This document shows, one piece after another, positions 19,627-28,105 of a stretch of DNA of 64,000 nt; positions within the stretch are counted from its first letter, which is position 1, and every line of letters starts with the position of its first letter. Origin of the DNA: Candidatus Bathyarchaeia archaeon (GTDB taxonomy: Archaea > Thermoproteota > Bathyarchaeia > Bathyarchaeales > Bathycorpusculaceae); the NCBI GenBank assembly GCA_049516875.1, contig JBEKSS010000001.1:64001-128000 (forward strand). Direction: 5' to 3'. Below the pieces are notes generated by a model. The model did no database searches. It was not told where the DNA came from and saw nothing but the letters and a program-made list of their open reading frames with translations. The translations under genes and the position numbers were made by a program.

Positions 19627-19946
19627 CTAATTTCTTTGCCAGAAATGCTTCTTCTTGGCTTGTTCCTGCTGTTTGGACGCGATGGGTTCTTCGCGCTGTG
19701 TCGGTTCGTTTGCCTTTTCTTTCTTAACCTCGATTTCTTCACTGACCTCTTTGACGGCTTCTCTCACAGCCCTCAGCTTTATCTCTTTTATTAGGCTCAC
19801 ACCTTTACCCATGATTACGCCACCCGCATATATGGAATAGCAGAAGCGCCTCTGAAAAGAATGGAGATGCCAAAATAGGGGGGAATAATCACAACTATAA
19901 GTCCAATTGCCAGCAATGCATATCCGACAATTTTGTGAGACTCCAT
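19627..19946 (-). pseudogene. Frameshifted or internally deleted membrane protein
   Basis: MESHKIVGYALLAIGLIVVII... continues in another frame as YAGGVIMGKGVSLIKEIKL...; the 320-bp span is not a multiple of 3. Confidence 0.55.
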
Positions 19947-20542
19947 ATTAAAATCCCTCGCTTGATATGCACTAATTAGTTCACTTGTATTGATTAGTTT
20001 TATGGACTATTAATATACATTATGAATGCAACGCGCGTTATCTATGGCGAAGAGTTCGCATTGGTTTGAGGACTGCTCTTCGCAGCCAAGTCGCGACTGT
20101 CTGTCTTGTGAGCTTCATGTGTTCCTTTAAGTCGCCTACACTCAGCACAGTAGCCCAGCTTGTCTATGCTCTCGTTGTGAGCTCTGAGTTGGGCGTGGAT
20201 GGTTGCAGCGGAGCGGTCGAGTGCGCGCGCGGTGTAGTACGGTTTTCTGTATGTGTATGATTTTGTTTAGCTGTTTCTATTTCTAGTTTCTCTGTATGCT
20301 GGGGTTTAAGTGTACGTATAGCGTACTGTACGATTTTTCTGGGTGTTTTGTGTTAGTGTTGTAGCGTGTTCTTGGGTGTTTCTGTTGTTTGTTCCTAATG
20401 TTTTCTGTTCTGGCAATAATACATACAATAATAGCGAAAGACGTGAAACACACAATGGCAGACATACCAAAACCAGATAAGATACAAACCAAGCGCGTGG
20501 AGCTTAGCGTCGTCGTTCGTCGTCGTGCGTGGAAGGAAGGAA

Positions 20543-20558
20543 ATAAAACTTTACCCCC
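20543..20558 (-). repeat. Cassette-junction core site 6 (inverted)
   Basis: ATAAAACTTTACCCCC; left arm GGAAGGAAGGA preceded by (CGT)n at 20508-20530. Confidence 0.9.
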
Positions 20559-20632
20559 AAAACCCAAGTCTTAAATATGCCCGAATTGGACTGATGACAA
20601 GTTGCGATACGTGGAATAGGCAGTGTTGCTTC

Positions 20633-21385
20633 TTGCCAAAGAAAGACTCTGTGATGAGACAGTGGGACGACGCGGCAGAATCCTGGGTTGATTTTGTGAG
20701 GCAGGGTAAGGACTATTACAGGGATGAGCTTAACAACCCTGCAGCTTTCAGACTGATAGGAAACGTGAAAGGTCAACTTGTGCTGGACTTGGCCTGCGGC
20801 GAAGGATACAACACCCGAATACTGGCCCGAAAAGGTGCCAGAGTAACAGGGGCAGACTTTTCGGCGAGACTGATAGGACTTGCGAGAATCGAGGAGGCCA
20901 AAGAGAGGCTGGGCATAGACTACCGTGTTTCAGATGCTGCTGACCTGTCTGAGTTTTCAGGTAATTGCTTTGACCTTGTGACTTGTTTCATGGCGTTGCA
21001 GGATATCAAGAACTACGAGAGAGCGGTATCTGAAGTGGCAAGAGTGCTGAAGAACAGAGGCCGGTTCGTGTTTTCAATTCCTCATCCGTGTTTCGAAATG
21101 ATAGTTGACAAAGGAAACAGAATAAGCACAACTACGAGATATTTTGGAGCTGCAGAGGACCATATTCGTTGGAAAATGGAGAGACTCCTGAAACCATTCG
21201 AGACTACAAGTTTTCACAGGACATTAACCGACTATTTCAGTGTGCTCTATAAGAACAGGCTTCTCATAAGAAGGCTCGTGGAGCCACAGCCGACAAAGCA
21301 AGGGATCAAGAAACATCCACCTCTCAAAGAAGTTCTTCTCAGACCACAATCAGTAGTAATAGAAGCAGTAAAAGAGCCAATCTGA
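20633..21385 (+). CDS. Class I SAM-dependent methyltransferase
   Basis: VLDLACGEG, FDLV, RVLKNRG; start trimmed to a TTG downstream of site 6. Confidence 0.9.
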   Translation: MPKKDSVMRQWDDAAESWVDFVRQGKDYYRDELNNPAAFRLIGNVKGQLVLDLACGEGYNTRILARKGARVTGADFSARLIGLARIEEAKERLGIDYRVSDAADLSEFSGNCFDLVTCFMALQDIKNYERAVSEVARVLKNRGRFVFSIPHPCFEMIVDKGNRISTTTRYFGAAEDHIRWKMERLLKPFETTSFHRTLTDYFSVLYKNRLLIRRLVEPQPTKQGIKKHPPLKEVLLRPQSVVIEAVKEPI

Positions 21386-21404
21386 GCAGACCTCTAAGGA
21401 GATT

Positions 21405-21423
21405 GGGGCAAAGTTCTATCCCC
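21405..21423 (+). repeat. Cassette-junction core site 7 (2 substitutions)
   Basis: GGGGCAAAGTTCTATCCCC, 17/19 match to consensus, 20 bp after the methyltransferase stop. Confidence 0.75.
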
Positions 21424-21590
21424 TCTTCCTCCTGACTACCACGGCGTGGGGAAGAGAACCCGCCCTGCCTGCTGTGCACCCTGCTGGGTGTCCCGTATAT
21501 GCCGCGGCATACGCAGGGAAGAAAGGCAGTATGCAAGGGGCGCGTGCGATGAAATATGCAATTCCGACAAGCAAGTTGACAGTGCCCCCC
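21421..21590. ncRNA. Candidate structured non-coding element
   Basis: GC-rich intergenic stretch with stems CTCTTCC/GGAAGAG, CTGCC/GGCAG, CCCTGC/GCAGGG and palindrome TATGCCGCGGCATA. Confidence 0.3.
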
Positions 21591-21632
21591 ACCCGCTACT
21601 CTTATAAATTCACGGTATTTTAGTAGATTTCC

Positions 21633-22418
21633 ATGCAAGCAGAAATCGGAATCATCGGAGGAACAGGCTTTTACGATCCGCAGCTTATCAACAACGGTAA
21701 GGAAACAAAGCTTGACACACCCTATGGGCCGCCTTCAGACTCGATTATTGTTGGCGAATTGAAAGGCAGAAAGGTAGCGTTTCTGCCGCGACATGGGAAG
21801 AAGCACACGATAAGGCCGACGGACGTAAATTCGAGAGCCAACATATACGCGTTGAAGGAACTGGGTGTTCAACGTATTCTGGCCCCGTCAACAGTAGGTT
21901 CTTTGAGGGAAGAGTACAAGCCTAGAGACCTTGTGTTCGTTGATCAGTTCATAGATAGGACGACAAGGCGGGAACAGTCTTTCTACACGGGCCCGAAGGT
22001 GTGCCACATTTCGGTGGCAGAGCCGATGTGTCCCGACTTGAGGAAGATTCTGACAGAAGTGGCTGAGGAAATGAAGATAAGTTATCATAAGACTGGCACC
22101 TACGTTTGTATAGAAGGCCCGAGGTTTTCAACGAAGGCCGAGTCCAAGATGTTCAGGAGGTGGGGCTCCGACGTGGTTGGTATGACAGTCGTTCCCGAGT
22201 GCGTTTTGGCTCGTGAAGCTGAGATATGTTATGCCTCGATAGCGACTGTGACTGACTATGATGTGTGGAAAGATCATCCCGTAAGTGCTGGTGAAGTTGC
22301 TAGGACTATGAAACAGAACATCGAGAAAGTTAAGAGCGTCATCATGGAAACAATTGCAAGAATGCCCAAAGAAAGGACGTGCGAGTGCAAAGACGCATTA
22401 AAAAGCGCATCGGTTTGA
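21633..22418 (+). CDS. mtnP: S-methyl-5'-thioadenosine phosphorylase
   Basis: IGIIGGTG, LPRHG, EGPRFSTKAES, VGMT, VTDYD. Confidence 0.93.
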   Translation: MQAEIGIIGGTGFYDPQLINNGKETKLDTPYGPPSDSIIVGELKGRKVAFLPRHGKKHTIRPTDVNSRANIYALKELGVQRILAPSTVGSLREEYKPRDLVFVDQFIDRTTRREQSFYTGPKVCHISVAEPMCPDLRKILTEVAEEMKISYHKTGTYVCIEGPRFSTKAESKMFRRWGSDVVGMTVVPECVLAREAEICYASIATVTDYDVWKDHPVSAGEVARTMKQNIEKVKSVIMETIARMPKERTCECKDALKSASV

Positions 22419-22442
22419 AAACGCACCATCAGTTGAAGTGAG

Positions 22443-22976
22443 GTGTCGAGTTTGGATCTGAAGTCGAAAATAAGGAGAATACCAGAGTTCAAAGGCGTCG
22501 TTTTCTGGGACATAACACCCCTTCTGAAAGACAAGGACGCCTTCAGAGAGTGCATTGAACGGATGGCAAACCACTTCAGAGGCAAGAAAATAGACTTGGT
22601 AGTTTCAAACGAAGCCAGAGGCTTCATAATAGGAGGCGCATTAGCCTACGAACTTGGAGTTGGCTTTGTTCCAATCAGAAAGAAAGGCAAACTGCCCTCA
22701 AAAGTAGTGAACCTAACGTATAACAAGGAATACGAATCAGACACGATTGAGATTCACGAGGATTCCATTGAACCCGGCCAAAATGTTTTGCTCGTCGATG
22801 ATCTGCTGGCAACAGGAGGGACGATAAAAGCCAACGCAGAACTGGTTGAAAAGCTCGGGGGAAGAATTGTGGGCATGGGCTTTCTGATAGAACTTGAGTA
22901 TCTGCGTGGAAGAGAATTTCTGGGAGACAATTACGACATCTTCTCGATAATAAATTATGAAACGACCGCAGGATAG
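22443..22976 (+). CDS. apt: Adenine phosphoribosyltransferase
   Basis: FWDITPLL, EARGF, RKKGKLP, VDDLLATGGT. Confidence 0.95.
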   Translation: MSSLDLKSKIRRIPEFKGVVFWDITPLLKDKDAFRECIERMANHFRGKKIDLVVSNEARGFIIGGALAYELGVGFVPIRKKGKLPSKVVNLTYNKEYESDTIEIHEDSIEPGQNVLLVDDLLATGGTIKANAELVEKLGGRIVGMGFLIELEYLRGREFLGDNYDIFSIINYETTAG

Positions 22977-23378
22977 ACTTCAAGGCTACTTATCTAGCGC
23001 GAGATGCATTCCTGTCTTTTCACAGCTACTACGTGAAGGTGGCTTCCTGTACCCGCAACATAAGGCTCATCGTAGATTCTATGCAATATTTTGGCCAACT
23101 TTTTCTTTTCCGCGCGCTAGCGTGTTGCTAAATTCGGTGAATTGGCATGAACTTGTTCGATCACGCTTGGGCTTGGACAGACACCCATGATATGGTATGT
23201 AGAAGTTTGATGAAAACGCAACCATGCTTGGAAGGCAAGCAGAAATTAACACAAACAATAGGATTTAGCAACGCCCTAGTGCGCGTCAGTAGCCTGTTGT
23301 TTGCGGCTCCTCTCACGTAAGCACGCACCGACATTCTTATCTGAAAGTCCCGTTGTAACAATCAAGCGGAAAGGCCAA

Positions 23379-23783
23379 ATGAAGAAGAAAAGACTGGTCA
23401 CCCTTTCACTATCAATACTTATCATCGGCGCCGTAGTTGCAGCCTTCATCGCCATGAAGAATGCTCCTGCGCAGACTGGCGTATGGCAACAATCTGCCCA
23501 GATTTCAGGCACAGGACGGCAAGACACCACAGAATTCGTAATGAACAATCAGTGGCGCATAATCTGGACAATTCAGAACCAAACTACGAGCCTGTTCCTT
23601 GTCGCTGTCTACGCCAAGAATGGCACTGGATACTCCCCCATTGCAGACGCTGACGAATCAGACACAAACGCGACACAAGGCATCCTCCCAGTGGTTTACA
23701 CGGGCGGATTTGTTATCCGAGTGGTTGCATCAGACGACACTGAATGGACTCTGCACATCCAAGAATTCGTCAAACCAACCTAA
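23379..23783 (+). CDS. Membrane-anchored/secreted hypothetical protein
   Basis: MKKKR + hydrophobic anchor, beta-rich domain. Confidence 0.7.
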   Translation: MKKKRLVTLSLSILIIGAVVAAFIAMKNAPAQTGVWQQSAQISGTGRQDTTEFVMNNQWRIIWTIQNQTTSLFLVAVYAKNGTGYSPIADADESDTNATQGILPVVYTGGFVIRVVASDDTEWTLHIQEFVKPT

Positions 23784-23851
23784 TGCGCATGTGTCGAAAG
23801 CCGAATATGAGCCCCGGCGCGCGTCGGTTCGCAAAGTGTGTGTGCGTTTCT

Positions 23852-23951
23852 TGGTGCGGTCGCCGGGATTTGAACCCGGGATCACAAGCTTGGAAGGCTT
23901 ACACTCGCCTTTGAAGGCTTTGTGTCCTAAACCAGTCTAGACGACGACCGC
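23852..23951 (-). tRNA. tRNA-Gly(TCC) with ~21-nt non-canonical intron and encoded CCA
   Basis: Reverse complement GCGGTCG...CA[intron]AGC CT TCC AA GCTTG...GGTTCAAATCC CGGCGACCGC ACCA. Confidence 0.92.
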
Positions 23952-24006
23952 CCTTTTTTCTGCAGTAAAATAGCATAGGGGGTATAGATAAGATTTCTTT
24001 CTCGGC

Positions 24007-24666
24007 CTACCGCGGTTTCTCGTCCGGCTTGAAGAGTTTCTTCTCATGTTTGGATCTCGGTTTGAAACTGCCGCGATATTTCGGCATTGAAGTCTTCTGT
24101 CGTTCCAAATTCCTTATTCTGGCATAAAGTCTTGACACCTTAGTTTTTGAAGGCGTTTTGGGTTTAGGAATGCGCACATGGACAGGCGTGAATGGTTTCT
24201 TGATCTCGCTGCTAAGGCCCCTTTTTTTCCTCGGCATTTCTTTCACTTTTTTGAAGACGACGCAGCCTTCTTTCAGGTTCACTTCTCGCACCTCCCAGCC
24301 TGCGTCCAGCCAGCCTTTAGCATGCGGGCTTCCAGGCAGGTTGTCCCACCATTCTTCGCTACGATAAGCGCTCATAGGCAAGTTCTCACCGATTATTCCA
24401 TCCATGCGAGCGAAGCTAAGCTTAACCGTACTCGTAAAAGCACCTCGGAACCTCAGATAGCTTGTCAGTCCACCGTATCTGGACACGCTTTTCGGCGCAA
24501 CTATCCTCCGCGCACAATTCAGGCAAAGCAACTTCGTCGGGTCGCCTGTAGAGACATCGGGAACCATACAGTCCCTGCAGTAGAGTCGCCCACACCTCTG
24601 ACAACGTCTAAGATAACTGTACGAGAGAACCCTGCCGCACAATCCGCACTCGTCCTTGAAAGGCAT
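24007..24666 (-). CDS. Zinc-finger hypothetical protein with basic tail
   Basis: Four CxxC pairs, then LSFARMDGIIG...WW.N...WLDAGW domain. Confidence 0.8.
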   Translation of the reverse strand: MPFKDECGLCGRVLSYSYLRRCQRCGRLYCRDCMVPDVSTGDPTKLLCLNCARRIVAPKSVSRYGGLTSYLRFRGAFTSTVKLSFARMDGIIGENLPMSAYRSEEWWDNLPGSPHAKGWLDAGWEVREVNLKEGCVVFKKVKEMPRKKRGLSSEIKKPFTPVHVRIPKPKTPSKTKVSRLYARIRNLERQKTSMPKYRGSFKPRSKHEKKLFKPDEKPR

Positions 24667-24806
24667 TCCAATCACTAGTGACTCTCAAACGCTACGTATC
24701 AGTTAGGCGGAAGCTTTTGATATAGACTTCGCCAATTCTGTAAGAACATCGAGGCTTATCGCAAGACTTATAGACACCAAGCCATGAAAACAAATCGAGG
24801 GCTTTA

Positions 24807-25166
24807 TTGCTTTTCAGTGAGTATCTGCATGAGAAAGCGGAAGAGTCACGACACAATGAAACCATCGGCTACCTAATAATCATCACTGGCTCAGTGTTCT
24901 TCGTGGGCGGCCTGCTTGAAACAATAATAACAGCCATATTAGGTGGTGCAAATCCAGACTGGTTCCTGATATTCCCTTATCACTTCACGCCCAATCCGGA
25001 CAGCCTCCTCGGCACATCTCTGACCTCCGTGGGCATTGTCCTAATCTTTCTCGGAATAGCCTTGGCAATACACTATGCGAGAGAGAGATCATGGTACATG
25101 AGGGAGCTTCACAGGGCACATTCTGTGGAAGAACAGAAACTGAGAACAGAAAAGAAAAACGAGTGA
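24807..25166 (+). CDS. Hypothetical membrane protein (2 TM)
   Basis: 119-aa ORF, TTG start. Confidence 0.75.
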   Translation: MLFSEYLHEKAEESRHNETIGYLIIITGSVFFVGGLLETIITAILGGANPDWFLIFPYHFTPNPDSLLGTSLTSVGIVLIFLGIALAIHYARERSWYMRELHRAHSVEEQKLRTEKKNE

Positions 25167-25220
25167 AGGCAGACTAGCTGAAGCAAGAGAAGGGGAAGTC
25201 TAGACTCTTCGATAAGAGTG

Positions 25221-26699
25221 CTAGCCTTTCATAACAGCCAAGGGAACTAATCTGGCAACTTTTGTGGCTATCCCGACTTTGTCGCTTACCTCCACAACGA
25301 CGTCAACATTTTTGTAGGCTGGATCTGCTTCCTCAGCCAAGACAACCGGGCTTGCAGCTCGAACGTAAATCCCTCGTCTCTCCAGAGACTTCTTGACGTC
25401 TCCGCCATAGAAGTTTCTTTTTGCCGCACTTCGACTTAGCATGCGACCAGCCCCGTGGGCAGTGGAGCCAAAGCTCACCTGCATAGCCTGCTCTGTCCCG
25501 ACCAAAAGCCAGGAGCTTGTGCCCATGCTTCCTGGGATGAGCACAGGCTGACCTACAGAACGATATTCTGACGGTATTTCCGGGTGGCCGGGCGGAAATG
25601 CTCTTGTGGCACCTTTTCTGTGAACCCAAACTTTCTTCTGGTCCCCGTTAACTCTGTGATTTTCTATTTTGGCAATGTTGTGGGCGACATCATATACGAG
25701 TCTCAGTCCGAACTTTTCGGGGTTTTCTCTGAAAACCTGCTGGAAGCTCTGTCGAACCCAATGAAGGATTGTCTGTCGGTTGACGAATGCGTAGTTGACG
25801 GCGCACGCCATCGCTTGATAGTAATCTTCTGCTTCTTGGCTTTTTCCAGGCGCACACGCAAGCTCCCTGTCGGGCAGGACTATCTTGTACTTTTGAACCG
25901 CTCTCTCCATGACTCTCAGGTAGTCTGAGCATACTTGATGGCCGAAACCTCTTGAGCCGCAGTGAATCATTACAGTGACCTGGCCTTCGTGTTCTATTCC
26001 GAACACTTTGGCTGTCCGCGAATCAGTTATTTTGTCCACCTTCTGGATTTCCAGGAAGTGGTTTCCTGAGCCCAGAGTGCCAATCTGCGTTAACCCCCTG
26101 TTTTTTGCGTTTGATGAAACTTTGTCAGGGTCGGCGTTTTTCATGCAACCATTTTCCTCGCAGTGCTCAGCATCTTCAGGCCAGCCCAGCCCCTTCTCGA
26201 TCGCCCAAGGAACACCTCTCGCGGTAAGCGTGTCCAAGTCGTGTTGCGACACTTTGAAGTCTTTTCGGCGGCTTCCAAGTCCGCAGGGAACGTTGTTGAA
26301 AATGGCGTCCACAAGCTGACCGAGCTTTGGCCTTATGTCCTGTTCAGAAAGGTTCGTCGTCACGAGGCGAACACCGCAGTTGATGTCGTAGCCCACGCCG
26401 CCTGGACTGATCACACCTTCTTCATAGTCTGTCGCGGCTACACCGCCTATCGGGAAACCGTAGCCTTCATGCCCATCCGGCAGGGTAATTGAATATTTGT
26501 ATATGCCAGGCAAGTGTGCAACGTTTACGCACTGCTGAAGGGTTCTGTCTGTCTGCATCTTGTCCAGTAACTCTTTGTTAGCGAAGACCATGCCGGTGAC
26601 CTTCATGTCCGGCTTGTACTTCGGAATGCGCCAAGAGCAGTCGTTTATCTTTTCAAGCGGAATTCTCCCCGAAGGAAGATGACCTTCTCCCTCTTCCAT
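25221..26699 (-). CDS. rtcB: RNA-splicing ligase RtcB
   Basis: PDGHEGYGFPIG, VGYDINCG, GSGNHF, HRKGAT, HGAGR, YKNV. Confidence 0.97.
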   Translation of the reverse strand: MEEGEGHLPSGRIPLEKINDCSWRIPKYKPDMKVTGMVFANKELLDKMQTDRTLQQCVNVAHLPGIYKYSITLPDGHEGYGFPIGGVAATDYEEGVISPGGVGYDINCGVRLVTTNLSEQDIRPKLGQLVDAIFNNVPCGLGSRRKDFKVSQHDLDTLTARGVPWAIEKGLGWPEDAEHCEENGCMKNADPDKVSSNAKNRGLTQIGTLGSGNHFLEIQKVDKITDSRTAKVFGIEHEGQVTVMIHCGSRGFGHQVCSDYLRVMERAVQKYKIVLPDRELACAPGKSQEAEDYYQAMACAVNYAFVNRQTILHWVRQSFQQVFRENPEKFGLRLVYDVAHNIAKIENHRVNGDQKKVWVHRKGATRAFPPGHPEIPSEYRSVGQPVLIPGSMGTSSWLLVGTEQAMQVSFGSTAHGAGRMLSRSAAKRNFYGGDVKKSLERRGIYVRAASPVVLAEEADPAYKNVDVVVEVSDKVGIATKVARLVPLAVMKG

Positions 26700-26768
26700 T
26701 TTTTCACCTGTTACTACACGAAAAGTAAAGAAGCGCAAATATAAACCATCTTGACGTTTTACAACAAG

Positions 26769-27689
26769 CTACGGCTGACCACTACTGTACTTCTCAGCGA
26801 ACTGCATAAACCCCTGCACACTGTTGTTAAGAACGGTTTCATTCAACACGGAGTGAGCTTCAATGAATTTCACAGCCTTTCGAATCTGATCATCACTTTC
26901 AATAATCTTTTGGCGCACCTCTTCAAAGCTTCGCTTTTCTTCTATTCCTTGTCTTGCAATCTTACTCCATAGTCGCAGTTGCTCAGCGTATGCCTGAAGT
27001 CTTCCAACAGGATTGGATGCCTCTCCAAAATGACTGTAGTACAGAGCCCTCGGTTTCAGGCTGATCAGCTTGTCCAAAGATGCTAACGCGGTGTCAAGCC
27101 GAAAAGGTGCGGGTGTCGTTGGCACAATAGTATCAAATTCCCTCAGATAAATGCCAGCCGCATCTCCTGGAAACAGTCCGCGGCCCAAAGTTTCATAGTA
27201 GCTCTGATGATGTGAAGCATGGCCGAGAGTTTCTACAACTCTTAACTTGACGTTTTTTCCAAGGTCAAAGGTCATGCCATCCTCTGCCGCGATGATTCTT
27301 TCAAGCGGAACAGGTTCAGGCTCACCGTATAACTCCGTTATCTTGCCAAGAACCTCCCTCGACTGCTGCCAAAGCTTCTCAGGATTGGCCAAGTGAGGCG
27401 CGCCCTTCTGATGTACGATGACCTTTGCGTTAGGTAGACTTTTCAACAGGGTTCCAGCACCTCCCCCATGGTCAAGGTGAATGTGCGAAACAGCAACATA
27501 GGCAACGTCTTCCAGTTTGACGCCGAGTTTCTTGAGACCAGAAAGGAGGTTAGGCACCGAAGAAGTCGGACCTGTCTCAACGATTGCAGTGCTTTTCCCC
27601 TTCAAAACATAGCTTGCAATGAAGTTTTCGAAGCCAGCCGTTTCAACATCAATCAAATCGACGTGGTCTTCAAGTTTTGTCATGCGCAT
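26769..27689 (-). CDS. MBL-fold metallo-hydrolase
   Basis: SHIHLDHGGG, GHASHH, GDAAG, SHFG. Confidence 0.9.
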   Translation of the reverse strand: MRMTKLEDHVDLIDVETAGFENFIASYVLKGKSTAIVETGPTSSVPNLLSGLKKLGVKLEDVAYVAVSHIHLDHGGGAGTLLKSLPNAKVIVHQKGAPHLANPEKLWQQSREVLGKITELYGEPEPVPLERIIAAEDGMTFDLGKNVKLRVVETLGHASHHQSYYETLGRGLFPGDAAGIYLREFDTIVPTTPAPFRLDTALASLDKLISLKPRALYYSHFGEASNPVGRLQAYAEQLRLWSKIARQGIEEKRSFEEVRQKIIESDDQIRKAVKFIEAHSVLNETVLNNSVQGFMQFAEKYSSGQP

Positions 27690-27783
27690 CTGCTTATCAT
27701 CCGCTTCATTTCTGGGAACCCTAGCGGCAACTGACTGCTTAAACGTTTTCATCACAAGAATACAGCATTTACAGTGGATCTGA

Positions 27784-28014
27784 TTATTTGCGGGGCTTCT
27801 TTTTCTGCTGTTGCTCCTCTTCAACTGCAGGTTCTTCGGCGCCAAGAAGCACTCTCAACGACTTCACTTCCTCTCTCAGCATGCCGACCTCGCTTTCCAG
27901 AGCTTTCGCCTTTGAGTCCGCCATCTTCTTGAGTTCCTCAATCTCCAGCAGAAGATTCTTGCGTTCATTTTCCAAGTTTCTAAGCCGTTCTACTACGTTT
28001 TTAAAATTGCTCAT
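27784..28014 (-). CDS. Small coiled-coil protein
   Basis: Continuous heptad pattern over ~55 aa plus basic tail. Confidence 0.7.
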   Translation of the reverse strand: MSNFKNVVERLRNLENERKNLLLEIEELKKMADSKAKALESEVGMLREEVKSLRVLLGAEEPAVEEEQQQKKKPRK

Positions 28015-28105
28015 GAACTCGACGCGTCCAACATTCCCTTCTCTGCTTCATACTAGCCGTTCAGGCAGATTTAAGATTTTTGCAAACAAGCCTTTGAGCG
28101 ATTTC

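Noticed and set aside
14727-21423. CRISPR array or canonical integron attC/dif sites as the explanation for the repeats
   Set aside because: Spacing is 0.5-2.5 kb and gene-filled, orientation is mixed, no cas or intI gene is present, and the core lacks attC R boxes and the 6-bp dif spacer geometry.
21421-21590. RNase P or SRP RNA
   Set aside because: No GAGGAAAGUCC-like or SRP helix-8 motif on either strand; the span is short.
23905-23920. tRNA with TCA anticodon (Sec/opal suppressor)
   Set aside because: TCA lies in the intron hairpin; the full 5-bp anticodon stem forms only around TCC.
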